From: Candidatus Colwellbacteria bacterium
GTDB taxonomy: Bacteria; Patescibacteriota; Minisyncoccia; UBA6257; Colwellbacteraceae
Reading direction: 5' to 3'
DNA length: 40,869 nt
Assembly: GCA_016176525.1 (NCBI GenBank)
Contig: JACOWZ010000003.1
Coordinates: forward strand, 603,925-644,793
A program made the translations under genes and the position numbers. This document shows, piece after piece, positions 26,268-36,956 of this stretch. How positions within the stretch are numbered: position 1 is the stretch's first letter; every line of letters begins with the position of its first letter. The notes below the pieces were generated by a model. It had not been told where the DNA came from. It did no database searches and was given only the letters and a program-made list of their open reading frames with translations.

Positions 26268-26897
26268 ATGACTATAGAAAAGTTAAAAAAGGCTCATGTG
26301 GCGAAGAAGAAAGTGATAGAAAAGCGCCTGCGAGAATTCAGAAAAATGCGCGGGCGCGAAGATAAGGCAATATTTGCGGAGCTCGCCTTTTGCTTATGTG
26401 TACCGCAAACTTCCGCCAAAAAAAGTTGGGCGGCCATAACCGAGCTTGCGAACAGCGGCGAGCTCTACAGAGGAAAGAAAAACAGCATAAGCAATGTACT
26501 TTTGAAGCGAGGCGTGAGATTTCACAATAATAAGGCAGACTGGATTACGAACGCGCGCAAGAACTTCTCTAATATAAAGTTTGCTATAAAAAACCTTAGC
26601 GATCCGCACGAACTTAGAGAGTGGCTCGTAAAAAACGTAAAGGGAATGGGGTACAAGCTTGCCGGTCAATTTATGCGGAATATTGGTGTGTATGATAAGC
26701 ACACCATATTAGACGTGCATATTTTAAAAAACCTACAGCGTTTTGGGGTTATTCATGGCATACCGAAAACAATATCTGTAAAGCGCTATTTTGAGATAGA
26801 GAATAAATTTATAGATTTCTCACGCAAAGTTGGCATACCTATAGCTCACTTAGACTTACTCTTTTGGTCCAACGAAACCGGTGAGATATTTAAGTAG
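26268..26897 (+). CDS. ogg: N-glycosylase/DNA lyase (archaeal/Thermotoga-type 8-oxoguanine glycosylase)
   Basis: ELAFCL, RFHNNKA, HhH VKGMGYK..FMRNIG, ILDVHI and C-terminal LDLLFW..ETGEIFK. Confidence 0.88.
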   Translation: MTIEKLKKAHVAKKKVIEKRLREFRKMRGREDKAIFAELAFCLCVPQTSAKKSWAAITELANSGELYRGKKNSISNVLLKRGVRFHNNKADWITNARKNFSNIKFAIKNLSDPHELREWLVKNVKGMGYKLAGQFMRNIGVYDKHTILDVHILKNLQRFGVIHGIPKTISVKRYFEIENKFIDFSRKVGIPIAHLDLLFWSNETGEIFK

Positions 26898-26950
26898 TAC
26901 TAGTAATCGTTAACTAGTAAAAACAAAAAAAGCCGCACTTTAGTTAGAAA

Positions 26951-27340
26951 CTAAGGTGGGCTCAAGAGCGAAGGGAAGAGAACGCAGTTGCCAAACGCGG
27001 TTGGCGCAAGGATGATCCAGATGAAAGCCTTGTACTCGAGGTAAGGCTCCAGCTCTCCGAGCTGCTCTTTCAATTTTGTCATGATCTCCTCGCAACGCTC
27101 GTCGAGGTTCACTTTTCGCTCGGCGTAGTCGTGAGCAAAGACCATGATCTGAATAGGAGGACCTCCTCGATCCAGATTAAAGTCCCCGCGACGGTGTCGA
27201 ACGCATATTTCATCCTCGGTGAGCCCGCCTCCTTCCTTGCAGTTCAGGGCATTCGCAACGACTTTCGGCAAAATGACCGAAAGACTCTTTCGAGTTTCAT
27301 CATCTACCTGCTCTTGGGTGTAGACCTCAACAACTGGCAT
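26951..27340 (-). CDS. Hypothetical protein, possibly tautomerase superfamily (Pro-1)
   Basis: SD GGAGGT, Met-Pro start and a beta-alpha-beta-like pattern. Promoter TTGACG-17-TATCTT overlaps the rpoD end. Confidence 0.7.
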   Translation of the reverse strand: MPVVEVYTQEQVDDETRKSLSVILPKVVANALNCKEGGGLTEDEICVRHRRGDFNLDRGGPPIQIMVFAHDYAERKVNLDERCEEIMTKLKEQLGELEPYLEYKAFIWIILAPTAFGNCVLFPSLLSPP

Positions 27341-27386
27341 ATTTCATACCTCCATTTTGGAGAACTGACGCCAAGATACTACAAAT

Positions 27387-28571
27387 TTAATAATCCGTCA
27401 ACTTTGTAGAGCGCTCGTGGAGTTTGATGCGCTCTAGGGCCTTGGATTCAATTTGCCTTATGCGCTCGCGGGTTACACTAAATACTTTACCAACTTCCTC
27501 CAGCGTGTGCACAACGCCATCTTTTAGTCCAAAGCGCATCTCCAGAATCACCCGCTCGCGCTCTGTAAGGTCGCCCAAAATTTCTTTTATCTGGTCACGC
27601 AAAAGCTCGTGGGATGTAAAGTGTGAGGGGCTAATAGTTTTTTCGTCTCTTATAAATTCCGCCAGTGTTGACTTGTCGTCTTGGTCGCCTACTGGAGACT
27701 CTAAAGAAATCACTTCTTGCGATATTTTTTGTATATGGCGCACTTTTTCTACCGGCAGATTCATCTGTACGGCAATTTCTTCTGCCAAAGGCTCGCGGCC
27801 AAGCTCTTGGGCAAGCTTACGCTTAACCTGCGTAAATTTTGATATTGTTTCCACCATATGCACCGGTATGCGGATTGTGCGGCTCTGGTCTGCAAGCGCA
27901 CGGGTAATCGCCTGCCGTATCCACCACGTAGCATATGTAGAAAACTTGAAACCTTTTGTGTAATCAAACTTATCTACTGCCTTAAAGAGCCCAATATTCC
28001 CCTCTTGGATAAGGTCCGAGATGCTCAAAGGCCCGCGGTTAATGTAGCGCTTTGCAAAAGATACAACCAAGCGCAGGTTAGACTTTATAAGCCGCTCGCG
28101 CGCCGCCTCGTCGCCTTTTAATATGCGCTTTGCAAGTTCGCGCTCTTCAGCCTTTGTTAAAAGCGGAGTGCGACCGATTTCTTTTAAGTACATCTGCACA
28201 TTGTCGGGTAATGGGCCTTCAACTTTTGTAGCATCCTTTAATTCTTTTTCGCTGACTTCATCTGTCGGCGATTCTATTAGAGACTCAACTTCAACAACAC
28301 GAATATTTTCTGCCGCAAGTTTGTCGTAGACAACATCCAAAAAGCCCACACTTTCTTCTATATTCGGGAAATAATCTAAAATCTCTAAATCTGTAACAAA
28401 CCCCTTCGGTCTGCCGCGTTCAATAAGCTCCGCCAGCTGTTCTTGGTTCTTTTGTTCAACCTCTGCAAGCTTAGCAGAAGCTTTCTTCTTACGTGGAGCA
28501 GATTTTTGTTTAGTAGACTTAGATTTTCGGGCAACTTTTAAATTGCCTTTTTTGTGGGATTTAGAAAGCAT
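27387..28571 (-). CDS. rpoD: Primary sigma factor (sigma70)
   Basis: Regions 1.1-4: [40 protein letters not shown] and TRERIRQIE. Confidence 0.97.
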   Translation of the reverse strand: MLSKSHKKGNLKVARKSKSTKQKSAPRKKKASAKLAEVEQKNQEQLAELIERGRPKGFVTDLEILDYFPNIEESVGFLDVVYDKLAAENIRVVEVESLIESPTDEVSEKELKDATKVEGPLPDNVQMYLKEIGRTPLLTKAEERELAKRILKGDEAARERLIKSNLRLVVSFAKRYINRGPLSISDLIQEGNIGLFKAVDKFDYTKGFKFSTYATWWIRQAITRALADQSRTIRIPVHMVETISKFTQVKRKLAQELGREPLAEEIAVQMNLPVEKVRHIQKISQEVISLESPVGDQDDKSTLAEFIRDEKTISPSHFTSHELLRDQIKEILGDLTERERVILEMRFGLKDGVVHTLEEVGKVFSVTRERIRQIESKALERIKLHERSTKLTDY

Positions 28572-28585
28572 AGGGCTAAATAGAA

Positions 28586-30292
28586 TTAAGACTGCCTAAT
28601 ATCTTGCAATTTCTTAGTCAGCTCGTCAAATTCCTTAAGTTTAGCGGCTAATTCTTCTTCTCTACCTGCCGCCTCAATTAGGGCTATGTGCCTTTTTATT
28701 GAGCCCATCTGCATACGCAAATACTCGACTTCAAGCTCGCGCAGCAATTGCCTAAACTCCTCTTCTTCGTACTTGTCTTCTTGCCGCAGAGAAATCATGT
28801 CTAAAATATGTTCAACTTTAGCATCACTACTCCCTGGTTTTACTATGCAACTATATGCCAACCGGCAATCAGACGGCATAAAATGGAGCACGCGCTCTAT
28901 CTTCTCTTGTAAATTTTTATCAATATATAACAACTGTAATAGTCGTATCGAAATAAGATCTAAGCGGCTTAAAACTGTTTTGGTTTTTTCGTTCTTTATT
29001 ATTTCGTTACCTATTGCTACGTCGTTATTCTTTATTTTTTCCATCTCTTCGCGTAAATCGTCTTCTCTTACACCAACTATATGCGAGAGTTCTTTTAGCC
29101 AATGTGCGCGCTCAATGGCACTATATAAATTTTGAATTTTCGTAAGAATAGTTCTAATGTTACCTTTGTTATTTGTTACTTCGTTATCTATTACTTTTAG
29201 ATATTTATCAAAGTAAAACTGCATTGCAGTTCTTGTATTATTCTTGTTTGGTATAACAGCTTGCGGATCTACCTCGGCTGCCTCTGCAGGATCTTTGTAA
29301 TCTTTTAGGTCAAAAACAAGGGCGCTAAAATCATGCTCACCCAACAAGTCCAGCGCGCGCTCGGAGGCAGTACGGCCTGCTTCGTCGTTATCAAAATTTA
29401 ATATAACTTTATTTGCAATAGGCCTAAGAGCCTTAAGATGCTCAGGGGTTAGCGCCGTGCCAGAAGCAGCTCCAGCGTTTTTTACCCCAGCGGACCAAAG
29501 CGACAAAAAATCCATCTGCCCTTCAACCAAAATTGCGACGCCATTTTCGCGAATATCGCGCTTACTTTTCCAAAAACCATATAAAACTTTTGATTTATTG
29601 AATATCGGACTTTCTGGAGAGTTAACATACTTACCCATTTCTCCGGTGTCGTTCTGCGGCAAAACCCTGCCGGTAAAACCGACAATTTTGCCGAAATGGT
29701 TGTGTATCGGGAACATTATGCGGCCTTTAAACCTGTCGCCTACTCTGCCCCCATCAGTCTTATATGCAATGCCAGCGCGCACAATGTCGTCTTTACTAAA
29801 TCCCTTCTTCAACAAGTGGGCGGTAGTACCGTCAAACATATCGGGTGAAAAGCCAAGCTCAAACTCCGCTGCAACTTCGCCGGTTAACTTTCTGCTCTTT
29901 AGATAGTTTTTGGCCGGATCACTTCTACGCAAACTATCAATATAAAAATTCTTGGCCGCTTCGTTTATTTCGTACAAAACCCCAAACTGCCGATGGTTTT
30001 CGTAACTTAAACTCTTTAGTTCCACACCAGCTTTCTCTGCTAAAATTTTTAGCGCCTCATAGAACTCAATATTCTCATATTCCATTACAAATTTAAAAAT
30101 ATCGCCTCCTTGGCCGCAACCGAAACAATGCCAAATCTGCCGATCGCGCGAGATTATAAAAGAGGGGGTTTTCTCCTGATGAAAGGGGCAATTTGCCTTA
30201 AAATTCCTGCCCGCGGCACGCAGCTCAATATAGTCTTTTAAGACGTCTACAATATCCAGCTTGCTTTTTATTTGCTCAGAGGGTTGCTGCAT
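28586..30292 (-). CDS. dnaG: DNA primase
   Basis: CPFH..CFGC Zn ribbon, KYVNSPES, and TOPRIM VEGQMD/FDND. Confidence 0.97.
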   Translation of the reverse strand: MQQPSEQIKSKLDIVDVLKDYIELRAAGRNFKANCPFHQEKTPSFIISRDRQIWHCFGCGQGGDIFKFVMEYENIEFYEALKILAEKAGVELKSLSYENHRQFGVLYEINEAAKNFYIDSLRRSDPAKNYLKSRKLTGEVAAEFELGFSPDMFDGTTAHLLKKGFSKDDIVRAGIAYKTDGGRVGDRFKGRIMFPIHNHFGKIVGFTGRVLPQNDTGEMGKYVNSPESPIFNKSKVLYGFWKSKRDIRENGVAILVEGQMDFLSLWSAGVKNAGAASGTALTPEHLKALRPIANKVILNFDNDEAGRTASERALDLLGEHDFSALVFDLKDYKDPAEAAEVDPQAVIPNKNNTRTAMQFYFDKYLKVIDNEVTNNKGNIRTILTKIQNLYSAIERAHWLKELSHIVGVREDDLREEMEKIKNNDVAIGNEIIKNEKTKTVLSRLDLISIRLLQLLYIDKNLQEKIERVLHFMPSDCRLAYSCIVKPGSSDAKVEHILDMISLRQEDKYEEEEFRQLLRELEVEYLRMQMGSIKRHIALIEAAGREEELAAKLKEFDELTKKLQDIRQS

Positions 30293-30312
30293 TATTATTT
30301 AAGTTTTAAGTT

Positions 30313-31254
30313 CTAATTTCTAAGTTCTAATGCGCTTGTGTCTATGGTGCGTAGAAAACAAGTATATCCTGCACTGTGGCTCCAGTTTGAATCGGAAAAC
30401 TCAAATTCACGAGAAGCTGGCTTTGGTGTATTTATGGTCTCTTCAGTTACAGTTGCAGTCTTAAAAGTAGCACAAAGTCTAAAAGATTTATTGTCCACTA
30501 CCTCGTAAACATAGGGCTCCACTGTTTCAGGATCAACCGGGATAAAAACATTGCCGCCGAACTCGTCGCGAATTTCGTTAAGTGCCGTGGGCAAAGAACC
30601 CTGTTTAATAAAGTGGTCGCGAACTTGCCATTGAATCTGCGATAGATCACTTACTCTTTGGTCATCCAAACGGCGAGTCCGTTCGCTGCCCGGGCTGCCT
30701 ATAAAGAAAAAACTAGAAAGCACTGCAACAGCGACAACTGCAATTATTGCATATGTAAATTGGCGTTCGTACTTTAGAGTTCCATTGGGAGTCTTACGCA
30801 AATCTAGGGCGTAATAACCAAATATTGAACCAGCGACAAATAGAATTACAAAGACCTTAAGCAAAAAACGAAGTGTAAGCTCGCCGGACAAGAAGTTGTT
30901 TATAAGAGCGACTAGGTCGCCGATAATTACAAGTGAAGCGATAAAAAGGGTTAACCCAATAAGCCATTTACGCACTTTAACTGTTTTTCTCTCTGGCTCG
31001 CGCTTATATAATTTATTAAGAAAAACTGAAATAAAAATATATATAGGGAAAACTATAAGAAGAGTCGCCACCGAGAACCTTATTGTGCCGGAGCCGTAAT
31101 AGTACCTGCCCTCCAGAACGTCTGGCAACAATATGTTTATATATTGGTATAAAAGCGCTATAAAGGCGCCCGCAGAGGCATAGAGCGTAACTACAAGGAG
31201 CAAATGCAGGAAGAAGTCTTGAGGCGTAGATTTAACTTTGGGTTGGTCCGCCAT
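30313..31254 (-). CDS. DUF5671-like membrane protein
   Basis: DFFLHL, multiple TMs, GELTLRF, R.RRLD.QRVSDL, DPET..Y.Y and LCATF. Confidence 0.7.
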   Translation of the reverse strand: MADQPKVKSTPQDFFLHLLLVVTLYASAGAFIALLYQYINILLPDVLEGRYYYGSGTIRFSVATLLIVFPIYIFISVFLNKLYKREPERKTVKVRKWLIGLTLFIASLVIIGDLVALINNFLSGELTLRFLLKVFVILFVAGSIFGYYALDLRKTPNGTLKYERQFTYAIIAVVAVAVLSSFFFIGSPGSERTRRLDDQRVSDLSQIQWQVRDHFIKQGSLPTALNEIRDEFGGNVFIPVDPETVEPYVYEVVDNKSFRLCATFKTATVTEETINTPKPASREFEFSDSNWSHSAGYTCFLRTIDTSALELRN

Positions 31255-31334
31255 GTTGGACTAATTGTACTAAAAATGCTAGTATTTCGACAAATAGGGC
31301 CAAATGCCCATTTTTTATTGCTATAATAAGCTTA

Positions 31335-32918
31335 ATGATACAACAGCCAATACAGGACTTGCTTGCGCGGTACGCGGACTATTTAAAGAAAAAAGATCCT
31401 CTGGAGGAGGCGCCTAAAATACACGTCGATGAAATAGCCACCAAAGTAGCTTCTTTTTATGAAAAGATAAGAAGCGTTATTGACTACCGAGAAGAGCATT
31501 TACTGCGCAAGAATTTTATAGACCGAGTTTTTCGCCGAAGAATGTTCCTAAAAGACATCAATGAAGATGTTGCAGAACCCCTAATTAAAGAAATAATACG
31601 CGGAGGCAGACTGCCAAACGACTATGTGCCCGAATCCAAAATAAAAGAGGTTGAAGCGATTATTGATAACTCCCATATATTAATAGAAAACTTTAAAAAA
31701 TTAAGACAAAAGAATTCAGATGAAATAATAAACTGGCTAACAACAGTAACTATAAGCGCCATTGAAGAAGCGCTGTTTCCTCCAATAAAGGACGAGATAG
31801 TAGCAGAGGCTATGTTTTGGACTATTAAGAAAAAACTCGCTGTAAGTGGGGCACAAATTGGAGAAGAAGAAACAAGTTTGCAACTTTTTATAGGAATACA
31901 AAGAGCGCTTTTACGCGTTGATGAAGCGCAACTGCAATATAGGCTCTTAAAGTTTATTTACCCGGAGTGGAACAATCCGGCAGCCGGCAACAAGGCATTA
32001 ATTGCTAGAGATTTACCCGCGGTATATGCGGCTATAGAGCGGCACCTTAGACATCCCCAGAGAAAATATTTCTTTAAACTCTGCAACCACTACAACACAA
32101 TTTTTTATCTATTGGGAGATTTAGTAGAAAAGCATAAATCCCCAGAAGAGTTGAAACAGATATTTGAAGACGAAAATCTGCTAGAACGTGAAATAAGTGC
32201 AAATTATCAAAAAAGATACGACAAAGAGCGTTCGCGGTTGAATAAAATGGCATTTTTAAGCGTTCTTTCTATATTCTTGTCTAAAGTGCTGGTGGCCCTC
32301 GCTATTGAAATACCAATAGACAGGTACATATTAGGCGAATATTCAGTATTGAACACTTCTATAAACATAGTGTTCCCCGCCTTTTTGATGCTTATAATAG
32401 TGCTCTCTATTAAGATGCCGACTGAAGCCAACGAAGACTTAGTGGTAAAAGAGGCAAAAAAAGCAGTTTATGGCAACGGCAATGGCGGATACCAACTTAT
32501 AATCCCTAAAAAACCAAAAATCTTTACAAGATTGATAATAAGGACAATATACTTGGCGCTTTTCTTTGGAATGTTTTATGCCTTAAGTATTGCGCTCTTA
32601 GAAATTGGATTTAGCGCAACAAACATAGTTATTTTTGCTTTCTTTACATCTCTTGTAGCCGCCGCTGGAATTAAAATATCCAACCGCTCCAAAGAGATAA
32701 GCTTGGAAGAAAAAAAGGCAAAATTCGGCGGATTTGTAATGGATATATTCGCGCTTCCATTTATAACCGTAGGGCGCTGGGGATTAACGGCACTTAGCAA
32801 ACTTAATATTTTAGTAGTGCTATTTAATATAGTTATTGAGCTTCCCTTCCAACTAGTGGTTTTGTTTATAGAAAACTTCCGCAGTTTTATAAAAAGCGAA
32901 AAAGAAGAAATACACTAA
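31335..32918 (+). CDS. Hypothetical protein with C-terminal TM helices
   Basis: 527-aa ORF with a FYEKIR..DYREEHLLR motif. TATAAT box 7 nt before the ATG. Confidence 0.85.
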   Translation: MIQQPIQDLLARYADYLKKKDPLEEAPKIHVDEIATKVASFYEKIRSVIDYREEHLLRKNFIDRVFRRRMFLKDINEDVAEPLIKEIIRGGRLPNDYVPESKIKEVEAIIDNSHILIENFKKLRQKNSDEIINWLTTVTISAIEEALFPPIKDEIVAEAMFWTIKKKLAVSGAQIGEEETSLQLFIGIQRALLRVDEAQLQYRLLKFIYPEWNNPAAGNKALIARDLPAVYAAIERHLRHPQRKYFFKLCNHYNTIFYLLGDLVEKHKSPEELKQIFEDENLLEREISANYQKRYDKERSRLNKMAFLSVLSIFLSKVLVALAIEIPIDRYILGEYSVLNTSINIVFPAFLMLIIVLSIKMPTEANEDLVVKEAKKAVYGNGNGGYQLIIPKKPKIFTRLIIRTIYLALFFGMFYALSIALLEIGFSATNIVIFAFFTSLVAAAGIKISNRSKEISLEEKKAKFGGFVMDIFALPFITVGRWGLTALSKLNILVVLFNIVIELPFQLVVLFIENFRSFIKSEKEEIH

Positions 32919-33457
32919 GGTTTGAGGCCGGGGTACATTCTTGCTTTATCGGCGGAGTACGCTGACATAATAAGCTGTTTTACTTCCTCTGGATTTGCTA
33001 CGTCGTGTACAAGTAGCTCTTTTGTCTGACCGGCGGTTTGGACTTGAATATCGCCGAATTTAAGCAATGTTCTTGTAACTCCAGCAACTTCCACTGTTAT
33101 GTCTTGAATATTTGAAAGAGGCATAGACGCTATGTCTCTTCTAAACAAACCAATCTGCTCAACATCAATAAGGCGCCTATCTGTAATTATTAAAACATCC
33201 AAATAATAATCAGTCCAAGCAACAAAAAATATAACCCATAGAATAACGAGCCAGGAAGCCGCGAAAAACGAGGATGCGGCAATGAATTTTGGCTCGCTAA
33301 AGATAGCTAAAAGCTCGGGAAAAAAACTAAATAATAAAATCACCAAAATTATCGGAGCGAGCATAAGAACACCCACAAACGTACCGGCTTTTGATATTAC
33401 AAACCAGTGCTTGCGCGCTTCGTATAAAATTTTCTCGTCTTCGTGAAGTTCCAACAT
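32915..33457 (-). CDS. Bacterial PH-domain membrane protein
   Basis: RKHW, two TMs, ITDRRLID, IQDITV and FGDIQVQTAG. Confidence 0.8.
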   Translation of the reverse strand: MLELHEDEKILYEARKHWFVISKAGTFVGVLMLAPIILVILLFSFFPELLAIFSEPKFIAASSFFAASWLVILWVIFFVAWTDYYLDVLIITDRRLIDVEQIGLFRRDIASMPLSNIQDITVEVAGVTRTLLKFGDIQVQTAGQTKELLVHDVANPEEVKQLIMSAYSADKARMYPGLKP

Positions 33458-33469
33458 TTGATAAAAAAT

Positions 33470-33697
33470 TTAAATTAAATAATAGACGAGTATTGTGACT
33501 ATCATTATGCCGAAGAGGGTTATAGAGGTGTTGTAATAAATCGTCTTCAACTTTTTAAAGCTTTTTTCGCTTACTCCATATTGCTTCCAGTGGAAATTCA
33601 TAATACCTGTAAGAATGCCGAAAATCGCCATCACAACCAAAAACCACACTGCCATGGCTTTAGAGATAAATTCAACAGTTAAAAACTCGAAATCCAT
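33470..33697 (-). CDS. Small two-TM hypothetical protein
   Basis: Two hydrophobic helices around FHWKQYG. TATAAT box 7 nt upstream. Confidence 0.7.
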   Translation of the reverse strand: MDFEFLTVEFISKAMAVWFLVVMAIFGILTGIMNFHWKQYGVSEKSFKKLKTIYYNTSITLFGIMIVTILVYYLI

Positions 33698-33737
33698 CTT
33701 AACAATTATAACATTCTAGGTTATATTGGTACTCGAA

Positions 33738-33821
33738 GGAGGAGTCGCATAGAGGCCTAGTGCACCATCTTGGAAAGATGGCCACCTACGGGTGACGTGG
33801 GTTCGAATCCCACCTCCTCCG
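33738..33821 (+). tRNA. tRNA-Ser(GGA), CCA not encoded
   Basis: Acceptor stem GGAGGAG/CTCCTCC, anticodon arm CCATC-TTGGAAA-GATGG, long variable arm, T arm GTGGG-TTCGAAT-CCCAC and discriminator G. Confidence 0.95.
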
Positions 33822-33824
33822 CAA

Positions 33825-34724
33825 CTAAACTTTCATACCCCGAAGTGCTTTAACCCTATCCTCTGTTGGAGGGTGAGTCAAAAACATTTTGTGGAAAAAA
33901 GATGTGCGGTTTTTGCCTTTGAACGGATCTTCCAACCAAAGGTGTGCAGTCGTGTTCGAGGCAAAGCGCATAGGGGTCGTGTCAGAGGAAATTTTTATAA
34001 GTGCAGATGCAAGCCCTTCTGGGTAACGGGTTAAAAGCGCTCCGGATGCATCTGCCAAAGATTCTCTGCGGCGAGAAATAGCCAAACGCATAAGTGTGGC
34101 CGCTATTGGCGCTAAAATTGCAAAAACTATCCCCAAAAGCATAACTACTGCTTGCCCCTGCCCCCTACTGCGGCTGCGCATTCCGCCATAAAAGAGCGAA
34201 CGCAAAAAAATGTCTGCAAGAATTGAAATAAAGCCGACTAAAATAACCGCAACAGTGCCTACAAGCATATCACGGTTCCCTATATGCGAGAGCTCGTGCG
34301 CAATAACGCCCTCTAGCTCTGTGCGATTAAGTTTTTGTAACAGCCCATCTGTTACGGCTACCACAGCGTGTTTCGGGTCTCTGCCTGTTGCGAAAGCATT
34401 TGGCGCTGGTTCGTGGACTATATATATTTTCGGCAGCGGCAACCCTGCAGTGATAGCTAAATTTTCCACAATGCGATAAAGCTCCGGGGCGTTTTGCATA
34501 CTAACCGGCTCGGCATGGTGCATTTTTAGAACAATTTTGTCTGAATACCAATAGCTAATAATCGCCATAACAGAGCTAAATATCACAGCTATCCACAAAA
34601 TTATGGAGCTGTCGTAAATATAGCTGAATATCCAACCGATACTGATTACAACAGAGAGAAAAACAATAAACAGGAAATAAGTCTTCCTTATATTGGAATC
34701 TCGATGAGTATATAACGACGCCAT
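33825..34724 (-). CDS. htpX: Zinc metalloprotease HtpX (M48)
   Basis: PNAFATG, AHELSH, SRRRESLAD and THPP. Confidence 0.95.
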   Translation of the reverse strand: MASLYTHRDSNIRKTYFLFIVFLSVVISIGWIFSYIYDSSIILWIAVIFSSVMAIISYWYSDKIVLKMHHAEPVSMQNAPELYRIVENLAITAGLPLPKIYIVHEPAPNAFATGRDPKHAVVAVTDGLLQKLNRTELEGVIAHELSHIGNRDMLVGTVAVILVGFISILADIFLRSLFYGGMRSRSRGQGQAVVMLLGIVFAILAPIAATLMRLAISRRRESLADASGALLTRYPEGLASALIKISSDTTPMRFASNTTAHLWLEDPFKGKNRTSFFHKMFLTHPPTEDRVKALRGMKV

Positions 34725-35273
34725 TTAGAACTTAACTTGTATGGGTTCTCTCTCTGCAGCGTTTTCAAGCTCAAAGAATTTTTCTTCTTTAAACCCAAAC
34801 ATACCCGCAACCGTATTTACAGGGAAAGATTGAATTTTGTTATTTAAGTCGTTGACAGTAGAGTTATAGAATCTGCGCGCGGCTTGCATCTTATTTTCCG
34901 TGTCGGAGAGCTCTCTTTGGAGTTCTAAAAAGTTCGCGTTAGATTTTAGGTCGGGATAGTTTTCTGATACTGCAAAAAGGGTTTTTAGAGTGCTCGATAA
35001 TATGTTTTCTTGGTTAGCTTTCTGTAGTTGGTCCCCGCCGGCGCTCATTGCGGCTGTGCGAGCCTTCGTAACATTTTCAAGTACGGTTTTCTCTTGCTTA
35101 ACATAGCCCTTAACAGTTTCTATTAGATTAGGTATAAGGTCGTAGCGCCTTTTTGCTTGCACATCTATATCAGAGAGTGCTTCGTTTTTACGGTTGCGCA
35201 AAACTACCAAGCGGTTGTAGGTCCATATAAACCAAACAACTATAACGCCGAGTGCTATATATAAGTAAATCAT
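34725..35273 (-). CDS. lemA: LemA family protein
   Basis: YN.LV, KRRYDLIPNL, ENYPDLKSN and ARRFYN. Adjacent to htpX. Confidence 0.95.
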   Translation of the reverse strand: MIYLYIALGVIVVWFIWTYNRLVVLRNRKNEALSDIDVQAKRRYDLIPNLIETVKGYVKQEKTVLENVTKARTAAMSAGGDQLQKANQENILSSTLKTLFAVSENYPDLKSNANFLELQRELSDTENKMQAARRFYNSTVNDLNNKIQSFPVNTVAGMFGFKEEKFFELENAAEREPIQVKF

Positions 35274-35294
35274 GTGTTTATTATAACACAGCTC

Positions 35295-36956
35295 TTACAT
35301 TCCCATACCCATGCCGCCCATCGGCGGCATTCCACCAGCCGGCGGATTTTTCTCCGGAATTTCGGTAACGGCTGCACCAGTCATCAAATAATTTGAAGCA
35401 ACAGACATCGCGTTTATAAAAGCTTGCTTTGTAACTTTTAAGGGGTCGATGATTCCTGCTGACTTCAAGTCGGCGATTTTATTCGTGTCGGCGTTAAACC
35501 CTTTCCAGTACCTTTCGTTCATATCACTCACTGATTCTTTTTTTCTAATTAATTCTCCAAGCGTTGTATCTACACTCTCGCCGCTGTTTTCAAGTATCGC
35601 CCTAATTGGAGACTCAAGAGCGGTGCGCACAATTTTGCCGGCAACTTTTTGTATTTCATCGCCTTCGGATAATTTCTTTATGCTCAAGCTGACATTCAAA
35701 AGCGCCATACCTCCGCCCGGCACAATACCCTCTTCCATTGCAGCGCGAGTAGCAGAGACTGCGTCTTCAACTCTCTGCTTCATTTCTTTTTGAGCTGATT
35801 CGGTCGGAGCGCCGACTTTAATAACAGCTACACCGCCGGCAAGTTTACCTAATCGCTCTTGGAGTTTTTCTTTGTCAAAGTCAGAATCGGTCTTTTTAAG
35901 TTGAGATTTGATTTGGTTAACACGGGCATCGATGTCGGTCTTCTTGCCTCTGCCGCCCACAATAACAGTATTGTCTTTTGTAGCTATGACTTTGGCGGCA
36001 TGCCCAAGGGAATTCAAATCAGCAGACTCAAGTTTCCTCGCAAGCTCTTCAGTAATAAAACTTCCACCGGTTACCGCCGCAATGTCTTCAAGCATCTCTT
36101 TTCTTCTGTCGCCAAAACCAGGGGCTTTGACCGCTAGAATATTCAAGATGCCGCGAAGTTTGTTTACAATTAAGGTCGCCAAAGCCTCACCTTCCAAGTC
36201 ATCGGCGATAATAACGAGTTCCTTTTTCCCAGACTCCATAATTTTCTCGAGCACTGGCAAAATTTCTTTTATTGAAGAAATTTTCTTGTCGGTTATCAAA
36301 ATATATGGATCCTCAAGCGCTGTTTCCATGCGATCGGCGTTTGTAATCATATAGGGAGAGATGTAGCCACGATCAAACTGCATACCCTCAACTATTTCGT
36401 AGCTATTCGCGACTGTGTTTGAATCCTCAATAGTAACAACTCCCTCTTTGCCCACTTTACCCATAACTTCAGCAATTAATTTTCCAATTTCCTGGTCTTT
36501 GGCAGAAAGCGACGCCACTTCTTTAATTTTAGCGTTGTCGTTTATAACTTCGCGCTGATTTTCCAAGCCTTTTATCACTTCTGGAATAGCGGCTTCAAGT
36601 TTTCTTACCAGTTGAATTACGTTAAATCCCTTTTCTTGTATGGCTTTATCCCCCTCGCTGATGATCGCATGCGCGAGCACCACAGAAGTTGTAGTACCGT
36701 CTCCAACATTATCATTTGTTTTGTCAGCCGCCTGCTTTATCAAGTCCGCTCCCAAGCCTTCAAACTTATCCTGGAGCTCAATTTCTTTGGCAACCGTTAC
36801 GCCATCAAAAGTCACTTGCGGCGCTCCATAGCTCTTTTCAACCACAACCGCGCGACCTCTGGGACCAAGCGTCATCCGCACTGCTTCAGAGAGCTTATCA
36901 ATCCCTTTTTTTAGGGCTTTACGCGCTTCATCGTTAAATAATATTTGTTTTGCCAT
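35295..36956 (-). CDS. groL: Chaperonin GroEL
   Basis: TLGPRG, GDGTTT, EGMQFDRGY, KAPGFGDRR and a GGM tail. Confidence 0.98.
   Translation of the reverse strand: MAKQILFNDEARKALKKGIDKLSEAVRMTLGPRGRAVVVEKSYGAPQVTFDGVTVAKEIELQDKFEGLGADLIKQAADKTNDNVGDGTTTSVVLAHAIISEGDKAIQEKGFNVIQLVRKLEAAIPEVIKGLENQREVINDNAKIKEVASLSAKDQEIGKLIAEVMGKVGKEGVVTIEDSNTVANSYEIVEGMQFDRGYISPYMITNADRMETALEDPYILITDKKISSIKEILPVLEKIMESGKKELVIIADDLEGEALATLIVNKLRGILNILAVKAPGFGDRRKEMLEDIAAVTGGSFITEELARKLESADLNSLGHAAKVIATKDNTVIVGGRGKKTDIDARVNQIKSQLKKTDSDFDKEKLQERLGKLAGGVAVIKVGAPTESAQKEMKQRVEDAVSATRAAMEEGIVPGGGMALLNVSLSIKKLSEGDEIQKVAGKIVRTALESPIRAILENSGESVDTTLGELIRKKESVSDMNERYWKGFNADTNKIADLKSAGIIDPLKVTKQAFINAMSVASNYLMTGAAVTEIPEKNPPAGGMPPMGGMGMGM

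Noticed and set aside
27424-27963. Long antisense ORFs (for example 87-608, 10295-10801, 17473-17955, 27424-27963, 35908-36354)
   Set aside because: These are shadow frames of well-supported genes on the opposite strand, with no motifs or expression signals.
33738-33830. Prophage or island integration at tRNA-Ser
   Set aside because: I found no duplicate of the tRNA 3' end and no integrase. htpX ends 3 nt away.
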